Source of the DNA: Azolla caroliniana
Lineage: Eukaryota; Plantae; Polypodiophyta
Assembly (NCBI GenBank): GCA_043228905.1
Contig: JBHGNT010000018.1
Span: forward strand, 4,402,001 to 4,466,000
Length of the DNA: 64,000 bases
Direction of reading: 5' to 3'
Position 1 is the stretch's first letter. The number at the start of each line of letters is the position of its first letter. Below the pieces are notes generated by a model. The model did not search any database, had not been told where the DNA came from, and was given only the letters and a program-made list of their open reading frames with translations. Shown in pieces: positions 24,543 through 37,210 of this stretch. Both the position numbers and the translations under genes were made by a program.

Positions 24543-25539
24543 CTATCTCCAACAGATGCCCCCCCTCCTTCGACAAGCCAACTCTCGAAACCTACAAGTC
24601 ATACAACAATGCCAGAAGCATCGAGGGATTCGGCTCATTCACCGCAATTCGTGCCATCAGATCCACTACATACTTGCTCTGATGTGATACCAACAACCGA
24701 TTCACCTCCACCCATGTTGCATGCATCAAGCCTTATGCCACCTTAGGCCCATCTTCTAACCCTCGTCCTTTCCCCATATCGTAAACCTCCTTGTTCTCAG
24801 GGGGGAAATGTAGTGTGCATGCGTTCCTTTGTGCCACCCTTTTAGCACACCCTTTTTAGCATGCATGTAGCTAAGCCAACCCACCCTTTTCGCACACCCT
24901 TTTTAGCACACATGTAGCTAACCCAACCCAAATGGGTATCTTTGTATCGACTATAATTTGAGCAAGAAGTAAGAAGCTAAGGAGACTGGTTTTGATCTCT
25001 TATGTGCATTTCACAATATATATACAATAAATAATTAGTAAATGAAAAATAATAAATAGTAATGCTAATAATAATAATTAAATAACATAATTAAATAAAC
25101 CTAAAATAATAATAAGAGTTTAATACAATATTTAAATCAATTAATTCATTATTTAATTAATAGGATTAACAACGAATTACCTACCTCTCTCACATCGATA
25201 AATATTGATCAACATACATTAAACTAGACATGCACGATAATATATAGACATTAACACTGAAATACCTATACATCTTCACATTACACACATCCACACCATC
25301 ACAAATGCCAAAATATTTATAATAGGCTATCTGTAAAGAACATCAACATCCTCAAACACTATACCTAGAAGACTTGATTTGACCCATCCTCTCCAGTTCA
25401 ACTTCTCGATGGTCTCGTTCTAACTCACATGTAGGCACGTAACTTCGTGATAGGGATGTCATACTCGCTAAGTGAGGTGTGTGTGTGGTGAATGGAGGTG
25501 GCTAGTGTTTAAGCGATTGTGTGGAGAAATGTGGCGATG

Positions 25540-25543
<4 letters not shown>

Positions 25544-25597
<54 letters not shown>
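25544..25597. repeat. (GT)n microsatellite
   Basis: Directly visible. Confidence 0.95.
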
Positions 25598-25601
<4 letters not shown>

Positions 25602-25963
25602 TCACGGTAGGGTTAGAGTATAGGGGAGGTGGGAAGGGTTTAGGGTTGGACAACCTTTGACCTTGCCTCGATATAGTCTTTCCAACTTTTATACATTCTC
25701 ACACCTAGCCTTGGTCCATGTTTTCCATTAAACTACATGCCAGAGAGGTGTTATAGATGATGAAAACCTATTAGCCAAGACAATCCACCCATACCACATG
25801 ACCTTTTGTATGATCTGATAGTTCCTTCTAATACCTAGCCATCAACCCAACCCTAAACCTTGATTTCCATATCATCCTATCCATTGCCACACATAAGGAC
25901 ATCCTCTCAACTTCTTTCTTACTCTTTCTCCCAATATTGCTCTCTCCCTACATCGTCCCCTAC

Positions 25964-26088
25964 AAACTCAATTTAAAGTGAACTACATCTCACCATTCTA
26001 TAGGAATGTATCATGGATCAACACTAAACTCAATTTAAGGTGAACTACAACTCACCATCCTATAGGAATGCATCATGGATCAACACTA
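25964..26088. repeat. 62-bp tandem duplication
   Basis: aaactcaatttaa..catggatcaacacta occurs twice. Confidence 0.85.
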
Positions 26089-27198
26089 TATATTGCCATC
26101 ATTCTTAGGCCTATGTGTGTTGTAATATTTCCTTAGCCCCTACACATCCACATTACACAACACCCAAGCTTTTCCTTTGAAATTCATCACCCCACAAATT
26201 GTGCATATTGAACTAATTACGTCCACATGACACAACGTCAAGCTTGCCATCTAAACATTAAGTACACATGTCTAATCATTTAATCACTTGAACCTCTAAG
26301 GTAGTGTTTCAACCAATTGCAGAAACCATCATGAAAATCCAAGTTTCCAAGAGAAAATTGTTTGTGGATTGTCTCAAATGAAGAGATATGAAATGGAAGT
26401 ATGCACACAAAGGATGCCAAACACTAATAAACAACACAATAACATAGAGCACCAAAAATGGAATTGTTTTCGTAGGCTACAAACATGAAGTCATTTTTCA
26501 TGAAGAGGAAGTGGAAAGAAGCATGCAAGTAGGAGGAAGGTAAATAAACATCAAGAACAAAACCAGAAGTGCCTATACAGATCCACAAGTGATGACTTCA
26601 ATGAAGCAAAATAGATGTCACAATATAAATCCACACAAGATGGATCTTCATTACAAATGAAGGTTTGAGATGAGAACATGTTAGTGCAAAAAGGTGAAGG
26701 AGTGCCAATGTTAAGCAATGTCATGCATAATTGTGATTAATACAATTAGTGCATTATTCTCATGCATCATCAAATAGAACTCCATGAAGGCATAATGTAA
26801 GCCATGCTACAATAGTAAATCATCTCAAAAGCACTATATTCATGTCGCCATGTCGATGAATAAACCAATATTTCCAATACAACCAACCAGACATTTCTCG
26901 AGTAAAATCTAAAAACAACAGCCACTACTTTTAACTCTTATTAGGTCCAATAACATCAATAGATTCATGCTTCGATAAAAGCATTGGGGGATTGACATTC
27001 CAATAAAGCTTTTCAGGCGCTTGATGGATGTGAAATTGGACATGGAAATACTTATCAGTGACTTGGATATCGCAGGGGGTAGACGACTAGGATATATAGA
27101 ATATACATTTGAAACGAATTTCTTTTTGTTACCAAGAATGCTTTAGAAAAGATACATAGCTCCAAACTGTGGCTTCTTTCTTACTGTCCCTTTTTCTT

Positions 27199-30100
27199 TC
27201 AACCAGACATACTTGTGCCATCACCAGACCACACATTATCCCAACCACCTCCAGCTTCCTTTGGACCCTCGAGAAAGAGATTTGTGGGTCTTTGAGGACC
27301 AGGCAATTGCGGCATGTTTGGTGCGTTTGGAAGGAGCTTTGGGCGGCCATGAATACCAAGCATACGCAGCACAAACCTAGCAAGTTCTCCATAAAGCATT
27401 CCTGACCGGTCAAATAACTGCAAGACAAAGACAAAGTTTCTGTGAACAAAAAATAAGACACTACATGTAAAGAACGATATGCTTATGGTTTTTATGGCAT
27501 TTGAAATATAAAGAAAGAAGTATGTCAAGTGTGTGTTTTATGGTTCTCAAATATATTGAAATACCTCTGCTTTCCTTTAATAGATTTTACATTTACAATA
27601 TTACAAATAAACAAAATACAAGAAATAGATTGATAAGCCTTTCTTTTGGATCATTGTATGTACTTTTATGGATTTCAAAGTTACGATCCTACAGATATTT
27701 CAACACATCAAAATAGCATGAAACAAATGCTATTTTTACTCCTTTGAACTATATTGATTAAAGTCGACATTTTCAGAAGTCTAATAAATAATAAAGCATA
27801 TATGGCATGCACCTGAAGCAAGGCAGTAATGAAAAAATGAAAAGCTTGAGTGTTCTGATCCACCAGAAACGAGACCCGGCCAAAGAAAACCACCACACCA
27901 TGCATCTGCCCAAAGACAAGATACAGGGTAAGACGCAATGATACAAGATTAAACACAACACAGCTAAAAAGAAAAGATTCTTACCACTTTTAGCATAGAT
28001 TGCCAAAATGTAGGAGGGGCAGCCGGAGGACCAAAAGGATCATTTGGATCTCCTTGCCCATTCTCTAAAGAACCCGGGCCACCCATGCCCATGCCCATGC
28101 CCATACCCATACCCATGCCCATGCCCATGCCCATGCCATAACCACCTCCATACATGCTATTACCATAACCACCCCCATACATGCTGCTTCCACCATAACC
28201 ACCCCCATACAGGCTGCTTCCACCGTAACCACTCCCATACATGCTGCTTCCACCATAACCACCCCCATACAGGCTGCTTCCACCGTAGCCGCCTCCATAC
28301 ATGCCACCACCTACACCGTACATTCCCCCCCTATTGTGGTTGAGGTTGCTAGAGTATGGGCTTGCTCCATAAGAAGTAGTCCCAATGCCAGAGTATCCTG
28401 CAATTCATATAAAATAAATCAGTGAATAGAACAAATGAAACAATCCCTATGCAATCAAATTCACAATGAGCATATCATATCAACTATATTCGCAGTGTAA
28501 ACTCATAATCTTAGATGATAATTTCTAATATAATTATGAAACTTTGCTGTATAACAATGCTACTTCGTATAATGAGCTGCTTCATATCATGACAGTAATG
28601 AATGACCATAATTTTGTTGTATATTACCCTCAAGTAAAACCAGATTATTCCTAGCCAAAGCCTACTCATAGTTTCTTAATTACTTCCATTAACACATGTA
28701 AGTTGGTCATCAGGAGTGGCAAAGAGAAATACGCGCAGGTCCATGACAACTGCTTAGGATGGCATTTAGAATTCAGAACGAAATTACTATTACACTTCCA
28801 CACTATGCTTCTGATGCTTGACATGACATTTTTTAAATTACTTTTCACCATTTTCAGATAAACTTATGCATCCTGGAATATGGTTTTGACAAACATCTAG
28901 GTGCAGTTAATTTATAGTGACTGTAAGCATTAACTACATCGCTATAATTCAATTCACTTGCTCACCCTTCTCTGAGATCTCTGCACAGATTGAAAAGAGT
29001 CTGGAGTTTTTGAATTGAATCATATTCATAATTTAGCATTTAAGTATGGTTCTAGAGTCAACTGTTTTCACGTCTGCGAGAGGCAATGTTTTATATCCTT
29101 TATTATACAGATTTTGGAACATTCCTGTGTGCCACTAGTTAGAGGTTGCAATCACATTACTTCCATATAAAATATTTAATAATTTGATTTTTTCAGTAGG
29201 ATAGGTATATAAGTCAGGTAGGGAACAGGAACGGATGAAATGTGTTACTCCATTTCCGATGCAGTAAGAAACACCAGGACTGTGTTCTAGATTTATTAAG
29301 CGTAAATAACTACATTCACACAAACAATCAAATTTACATAATAAGACACGTGATTTTTAAATACTTTTAAATTGATGCCCAAGGGAAATAAACCAATATA
29401 TTCAGCAGTCAATGGTTAATATTTGTCAGTTGCTCAAATTGTTACCGCTTACATATATCCCTTGTAAGAGAAGCATGAATAACAAGGAAAGCCGTTCGGT
29501 ACAAGAAAAAGAAGAAATGTCAAATGGAAAAGACTGTCCTAAAACGTTTTTGCCACAAAAGCTAAAATTGGGTGCAATGATTACTTGTGCGTGAAGGTCA
29601 CAGCTTAAAGACCTGGACAAGCAATGGTAAATTAACATGGGTAATAGAGAAAAATTTCGCCCTTGATATATGATGGCAACTAGTGCTAGCTTAAACATCA
29701 ACCTCCAGGAGTGTAACCTATCAATAATCCATTGTAAGGCCTCCAATATGAGAAGCCAAATTGAAATTGGGTCTTGGTACGATTCTCAGTTTAGACATTA
29801 AAAGAAGAGTTAATATGAGAAGCTAGTATCTAGTCCTCATCCCCAGGTAGTAATCTGAAATCCTGGGTCTGTGAGGCATGACCTACTAACTAGAGTGCAC
29901 CTATTGGACATTATCAGTTGTACTTACCTCTTGTTATCATGTGAAATACTATTATCCTCCCAGCTTCATCTATTGTGCATTTGCAATCAAAAGCTACTAT
30001 TCTTTATTTCCAATTCACACAAGCACCATAACATCTCTTGTTAGAAAGCGCAGCCGTGGCAGAATGTGGCCACCCCTCTTGTTATACTCAAACACTGTTA

Positions 30101-31767
30101 TTCTCTCAGATTTTATCCACTATTTTCATATTCAACCGCCCAGAAATCCTTATTTTTTATCTGAATCCTTATTTCTGGTCTGCAAAATTTACTTACACCA
30201 CATGCAGTTCTATTCAGATATGAAGATAACGTAGGGCTTTGATCCACATTCAGAGTTGTTTCCAAAATGATAGAAGTTGAAGACTACGATAACTCCGGTG
30301 TTTCTTGCTTCTGAATGTTGCATGTGAAATTTGTACTAAACTTCTATTGCAGAATATTGCCATTGACAATTACAGTGAAAGGCCATGAAGGTTATTATGA
30401 AACATAATTAGCAATTTACCTCCAGGTGCAGTCCGCTCCCAAGGCCGAGGAGGCATGGGCCGATTGACAGCCATTCCATTTTGAGTGCTCATACTTGAAT
30501 TATTTCCGATCCCATTCGTATTTGTTTTGTCGTTGGAATCAGACACACCCGATGATTCCACAACTGCAGCAGTGCTATTGTGGCCAGACGGAGGTCTGAA
30601 AGGTGATGGCCCTGAAGAACTGGTTCCTGCCCGTTCCCATGGCTTGGGAGGTGCACCTGATCCACCTGACATTAGATTTACGTTTTTACCATTCATCATC
30701 AGCAAAACAACCAAAAGAAAGACAATTACCTTAAGACCTAAAACATGACAATTGATCCAGCACAGGTCCAGTTTAATTACTATTTATAATGATCAGCAAA
30801 AAAAAGGATATATTTTAAACTAAACCATACTATCTAAACAGAAGAGCAAAACGTAGCCGTGGAATGCAACAAATAACACGCCTGAGCTTACTATTGTTTA
30901 CGATCCATTATCTGCAGAAAGAGGGCAAATGTTTTATAAAACCCTAAAAACGTAGCATCTGATCCAACTGAGATTAGGGATGTTGACCATACATTATCAG
31001 CAAAACGGAAGCAAAAATCAATCCTAGCTCTTATAAACCAAACAGAGGCAATAAATCTTGACCCTAAATCCTAATGACATAACATCTGATCCACCTTATT
31101 AGGGTTTTTGCCATTTAATATCAGGAAACAGAAGAAAATAGCAATCCCAACCCTAAAACTAAACTAAGAGATTCAGAACCTGGAGAAACGAAATCCCAGC
31201 AGACTCAAAAACAGAAAGAAAAATTTATAACGCAGTAGCATACAGAATCTTGAACCCTATACCGCAAAAAATAACAGGCGATCCACCCAATGGCATAAGA
31301 AACAAAACAGGTCACCGAACAGAAGAAAATTAAACAATCATCCTAATCCACAAAATACATAAGCTAGTACGCGTGATTAGAGTTATCATTAAATGAGCAA
31401 AACAGAAAGCAATCGGAATATTAACCTTCAGGCTTCAGCATAATACAAATCATAACCTTAACCCTAAAAATGGGAAATTGAGGAGCACGGAAATCAAAGA
31501 ACCTAAACCTAACACTAACAGAAGAATAAATAACCCTAAAAAAAAGGAGATTTACGGTCAATAGAAATATACGAACCTAAACCTAAACCTAGTAATAACA
31601 GAAATGATTCATAACCTGGAAAAAATAGTAGCAACCGTAACCCTAAGAACATAGGTTTAGGAACAATGAAATATGGAAACCTAAACCTAGAAAAATAGAT
31701 CCAGATCAAGGGAGATAAAAGAAAACCAAACCCTAAACGTAAACCTAAGATTACCTGGCGATGCCAT
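27199..31767 (-). CDS. PEX13: Peroxisomal membrane protein / peroxin 13; exons 31767-31755, 30665-30420, 28397-27985, 27905-27813, 27417-27199 (327 aa)
   Basis: Plant PEX13 motifs PPKPWE, RPMPPRPWE, a Gly/Tyr/Met-rich region, PPTFWQS..VVVFFGRVSFLVDQNTQAFHFFITALLQLFDRSGMLYGELARFVLR and WDNVW. All introns are GT-AG with consistent phase; 984 nt in total. Confidence 0.93.
30930..31750. promoter_or_regulatory. Cluster of telo-box-like motifs (AAACCCTA/AACCTAA) in PEX13 intron 1
   Basis: About a dozen perfect or degenerate copies, plus a site II-like GGCCCA at 31995-32000 upstream of the ATG. Confidence 0.55.
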
Positions 31768-32020
31768 GAGACCAGACCTCCGAGGGTGTGCGTATTAGGT
31801 GGGTGATGAGAGGATTTATGGGCACTGCTTCTTCTGCTTCTTCTTCTTCTTCTTCTGTTGTAATTCTTCCAGTCTCATATGGGGAACAGCAGAAAGAGGA
31901 GAAATCTACAGACAGAGCAGAGCATATACGTACATGTATGGCTTCAGAAACTCTACTAAAACTGGGTCTCTTGTTCTGCAAAATTACAAAATTAGGCCCA
32001 CACAAATCCAATCTCTCCCT

Positions 32021-32096
32021 TCCTCTTTCTTCTCTTGTTACATGTGTGTTGTGTGTGTGTGTGTCTCCTCTCTCTCTCTCTCTCTTTCTTCTCTTG

Positions 32097-32147
<51 letters not shown>
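32021..32147. repeat. (GT)n/(CT)n compound microsatellite
   Basis: Directly visible; unit tctcttgttacatgtgtg is duplicated. Confidence 0.9.
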
Positions 32148-32149
<2 letters not shown>

Positions 32150-35100
32150 ATTGGACTTAAGGAAGGTGCATCCCCTGACGAGGATGCACAAACACTCGGG
32201 AAAATGTTAGGGTACACAGCTGCCCTACCTATCACCAAAGCTTGGAGGGCCGGACGCGACACAACTAGGAAGAGAGCCTTAGTTCTTCAATTTAAAGACT
32301 TAGACTCTAGAATCACTTTCTTTAAGAAGAGACCAATTCTTCGAGGATTGGGTGGGGACCCGATCTATCTCGATGAAGACCTCACCAAGATGCAAATTGA
32401 GCATCGCAAGAGTTGTATGCCACAAGTTATGCAAGCTCGTAAAGAAGGGCATCACGCCTTTTATCGAGATGGGAGAGTGATCATAAATGATCGCACTACT
32501 AATTGACGGCGTGTGGCCCATGTGACAGGAAACACACTTAGGATGACCTTATGGAATTGCAACGACACACTCTGGACACACCCCCGGCCACCTAGAGGAG
32601 ATATTGAAGGTATCAGATATAGTTTGCCTAGTAGAAACACACCAAAGCCCAAATAGGGGACTCCCACGAGTCGAAGGATTTCGTTGGGAGTCGTCTTTTA
32701 GACAAACCTCACGTCGATGCACTACCAGGGGATCTGGAGGTGTCGCAATATTGTTTCGGAGAGAGCTACATAATAGGATAGAAATACTGAGCACAGACCC
32801 AAAAGCTCGTTTTATGTGGGCGAAAGTCTCCACAAGCAAGGACAAGGCAGTTTCGCCATTTGTTACTTCCCCCTGAAGGGCTCTCGTTATAATCTAGCTA
32901 GCGAGGCGAGATTAGTTGATGAAGGAGTGCCACATGGGCCTTCCCCATATGAACCTCTATCGGATGACATAATCCGATACTCTTCCCAGGGAGAAGTATT
33001 CCTTGTAGGAGACTTTAATGCGAGAACCAAATCCCGACAATGCACAATATTTCAAATGAATAGAAACCTAGAAATGGTAAATGTCGATCCTTTAGACATA
33101 GGCACCACACGTAGATCAAAGGATCAAGGTGCGGACGCCACGAGCTTTGGCCATCATTTGCTCGAACTGGGCAGTCGGCACCAGATGGTCATATATAATG
33201 GTTTAGCCAAGTGGAAGGGCTTGGAATAGCTCATGTTTCCCACATGGAGGAGGGGAAAACACGGTTGATTATCTAATAGGACGCCTTGAGGCTACCCACA
33301 CGATTAACTCCTTCCGGGTGGCCCCATGCCCTATTGGCGCGGACCATAGTTTCTTATACTTCGAGCTAAAATGCGATATCTCTAACGTCACCAATTCTAG
33401 TCAACCACGCCATCACACCACAATACATTTCACACATGAACTCTCTGATATATATGCTCAACATGTTCAAGCCCATCTCTCCTTCCTTGATCCCTCCCTA
33501 CCTTTAGAGAGCCTTAGTACGAAACTCACACACATCCTTCACTCTACAGCAATTAGCAGTTTCCCATACATGAAACACTCCAATCAAGGTAAATTAGGAT
33601 TTATGCCACAAAATAGATGGTATGATGAGGATTGTGGGTACTTACATAGACAACTTACAATATCGCAACTCAATGGTAGTATTACCTCAGTACAAGCTTG
33701 CAAGGAAATGCGCAACATGACACGTCGTAAGAGACGAGCATGGGAGGCATCCCAATATTGGGAACTCTACCATATGCTCATGAGTAGTGATTGTGCCACT
33801 GCGTGGAAGAGATTACGGTAACCAAGACCACAAACACCCATCAAAGATCCCGAAACCTGGCACACTTATATAGAGAGACTTTACCAAATCCCAAACCAAC
33901 CACCCATTCCACTGCCTTCTACACCCCGACCTACTCTAGGGACACTCTTCATGACCTCTAGGGTCATGAAGGTCATAAAGAAATTACAACATAGGAAGTC
34001 CATGGACCACACAGGATTGCGAGCAGAACACATCATATATGCGAGAGAGTGCCTAGCTCCCTTGCTAACTCTAATCTTCAATCGTGCCCTCGCTGAGGGT
34101 TTTCCACCAAAATGGACCATGAACACAGTGGCCCCCATACATAAAGGGGGGGACCCCATGGACCCAAATACATATAGGACCATTATGATAGGTCATACCC
34201 TTGCTAAATTATATGGTGCAGTAATGGAGGTAGAGCTTAGCGATTATATGGAGACCTTAAATCTTCGTGCACCGGAACAGGTTGGCTTTAGACGAGCCTT
34301 CTCCACTATTGATCATATCTTCACACTTAGATGCTTAATTGACCAGACTAAGGCTTGCAAGAAGAAACTATATTGTTGTCTTGTGGACTTCTGCAAAGCT
34401 TTTGACACGGTCCCTAGAGAGCGGTTGTTTGATAGGCTTAAGAGCTTGAGGATACCAGATGACATGGTTTGGGCCATCTACGCACTATATGAACAGGTGT
34501 CCGGGTGTGTTCGATGCCCAGGTGGCCTATCCGATAGTTTCACTAGCACTATTGGTGTAAAACAAGGTTGCCCCCTATCTCCGACTCTTTTTGGGATCTA
34601 CATTGATGAGATCACAGATTTTATTGCTCGTAAGGGAGGCAATGGAGTAGTCCTTGGGGATACGCAGGTGCGTATCCTGCTCTATGCAGACGACATAGTT
34701 TTGCTCTCTAAATCTGAACACGACCAACAAAGGCACCTTAATGCCAAGTAGATGACTTTTGCATACAACGAGGATTGGTAGTGAATCTAGGGAAAACTAA
34801 AGTCCTTATCTTCCACACGTCGGCCCAAGTTAGAGCTAAGTGTCACCTAACTATCTCTCATAGCCCAGTTGAGGTGGTTGGATCATATGTCTATCTTGAG
34901 GTCACTTTCAATGCCCGCTCAGGTAAATTTTCAATGACACAAGCAGCAAAGGATAAACTTACAAGAGGACATGCATCCCTCTCAGTCCTCAAGAGACAAT
35001 GTCATCAAGCATACTTCCAAGAGCCACGAACTAAAGGGTCGCTCTTTGACTCATTAGTGACTCCCTCTCTCATGTATGCATCAGCGGTTTGGGCTCCAGG

Positions 35101-36407
35101 ACTACCATCTTTCATGTGGACGCAATTAGAGAGACCATTGGTGATGATGTTATCACGCCAACTCCAAAGCAAATCATCGGTCCCACATGACATTATTAGG
35201 GCTGAGTTCGCTCTACCCCCGATATTAGTAGAAGCACTTTTTCAACTTTTAGTCTTTATCCATAGGATACATAACCAACCACTTGATAGAATATCCCATC
35301 AAGCCTTTAAGGCTTCTCGAGCACTATATGAGTCCGGCTATACTAGCTCATGGTATGGCATGATGGTGAGTTGGCTTCTTGTGAACGGTCTAGACATTAA
35401 TAACCTCCCCCCCCTTAAGTACGACCACGCGACTGATAAGACTTTAATCTCTCATGAGGACCGTAATAAAGTAATATGCCAAGAAATATGGCAAATTTAT
35501 ACTTGGTATACATGGATCACCCCACTAGAGCCACTCCCATCTAAGATGTTGTACTATAAGGAACCCTTCATGCACTTCTCTAAGTTAGGTTTTATTACGT
35601 GGCCAAAATATCTAGATGTATTCTTACCACATGCACTAAGGGTTGCCATTGGTCAACTTAGAATATCATCTCACTGACTTGAGATTGAGAATGGACATAC
35701 TAATGGAGTCCCTAGGGAGGAAAGGATATGTAGGTTATGCCACATAGAGATAGAGGATGAGTACCATTTTACATGCAAATGTCCCACCTATGCCGAGATA
35801 AGGGCAAAATACCAAGACATACTTGGTTCCTCTCCCACCCTCCCTAAACTATTAAATACACTAGATATAAAGAAACTAGGCAGATACATCTTAGAATTGA
35901 AACAACATAGAGAGAATAAGCTACAAAACGTTGATAATAATGTTGCTAATGTTTACCAGCACGTAACAAATGAAGTTTTTCAGGAACATGGGGAGACAAT
36001 GAATGTCGACACACCTGCACCACTCGGGCTTTTCCTTGATGAAGCAGAAAATCAAAGAAGAACCAAACGCCCTCGGATGTCAGGTTTCAAAGCAACCCGA
36101 CGAGATGTCAAAGCAATAAAGAAAATAAGGGAACGTGAGCTACACCGCCTAGAAGCCATGGCGGGGGCACTCTATACACCGGCACCATGGGTCACACCCA
36201 CACCAAATACCTTTGACCTCCCACTTCTTTTTGAGAGACTTGGGTGGAAATGAAATTAGACTTAATGCAAAGTTTTGTACACTACTAGAACTCTTTTAGC
36301 TTAAGCTATTTTCTTTTATTTTAGTTTTGATGATTGGATAAACACTCATTTTTGTTGTAAACCAACTGTCTCATGGGCCAATTTTGGCCTCAAAAGCCGT
36401 TAATATA

Positions 36408-36410
<3 letters not shown>
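32146..36410 (+). mobile_element. 5'-truncated LINE (APE-RT; RTEX/L2-Crack-like rather than canonical plant L1), pseudogenised
   Basis: ORF1 C-terminus to 32506 (IYLDEDLT..AFYRDGRVIIND). ORF2 endonuclease (WNC, DIVCLVET, GDFNAR, DH), RT (QVGFR, DFCKAFD, GVKQGCPLSP, LLYADD) and zinc knuckle CRLCHIEIEDEYHFTCKCPTY. Several stops/frameshifts. Ends in (CT)n. Confidence 0.92.
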
Positions 36411-36456
<46 letters not shown>

Positions 36457-36471
36457 GTATGTATGTGTGTG

Positions 36472-37210
36472 TGTCGTCGGCCTTGTGCTTCACTTTGAAG
36501 ATCCACCCGGCATCCAATTGCCTTCTGGTGGTGTGACGAAGGGACGAGATCCCCTGTCTCGTTCTTGGAGAGTGCTTGCATCTCCGCATTCATCGTTTCA
36601 ACCCATCGTGGGTCTTTAGCGGCTTCAAAAAAGGTTCCCGGCTCTCGGACTATCGCCACCTTCATCACAAATGCATAATGATATGCCATGCAGTTGTTGT
36701 AGCCGAATCGGCTGACTATGTTCTTCTCTCGGGTGAAGTGACGTGGTTCTCCTAGTGTCCTCATGATGGGCACATCCAGTCCACCATACTCAATGTCGAG
36801 TGAGTGAGTCGATTCATTTCCATCTGTGTCTTCGTACTTAGGCATTTTGGCCTTACCTTTGGTGTCTGTCTTCGGACTTGTCCGTGATGTGCTTTGGTAG
36901 CTTGGAGGCTCTTGTGGTCCACTCAACCTAGTTGAGATTGGACTTACCTATGATGTGAACCTCAATCGATCATCCTCCTCCACATCTATGTCGAACTTGG
37001 TTTCGACTGGGTTGGATGGAGCTAAGTCGATTGTGTACTAGAATGTTGACTCATTGAATACAACATCCCTACTCACTCGTACCTTCTTGGTAGAGGGGTT
37101 GAAGCACTTATATGCTTTTTGCTCGAGTGAGTATCCCACGAGGATACATTTTTCCAACTTAGGATCGAGCTTCTACCTTTCTCATCGGGAATATGTACAT
37201 ATGCTATGCA
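36472..37210 (-). mobile_element. Copia C fragment (integrase C-terminus to RT start), related to copia G
   Basis: CIAYVHIPDEK, FGYNNCMAYHYAFVMKVAIVREP..KAIGC. Truncated at the microsatellite near 36470 and fused to copia D at 37208-37210. Confidence 0.8.

Larger units (their letters stand above)
22610..25015 (+). mobile_element. Internally deleted Ty3/gypsy element with short LTRs (22610-22769, 24809-25015)
   Basis: TG..CA LTRs. Degenerate PBS TAGTGGAGATG (tRNA-Ala-like TGGTGGAGAT). Protease fragment (FYVL..LTLGCDWF..AIIDF) and integrase fragment (SPYHPQTKGLTE..WDQILPFVTHAYNTS..PF..LYG). PPT AGGGGGGAAA. ATAT on both flanks. Confidence 0.88.

Noticed and set aside
28044-28343. Cys/His-rich metallothionein-like ORF on the plus strand
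   Set aside because: It is the antisense reading of the Gly/Tyr/Met repeats of PEX13 exon 3.
31799-32145. N-terminal half of the 235-aa ORF (Cys/Val repeats)
   Set aside because: It is a translation of the PEX13 5' region and microsatellite; only the part after ~32146 is LINE ORF1.
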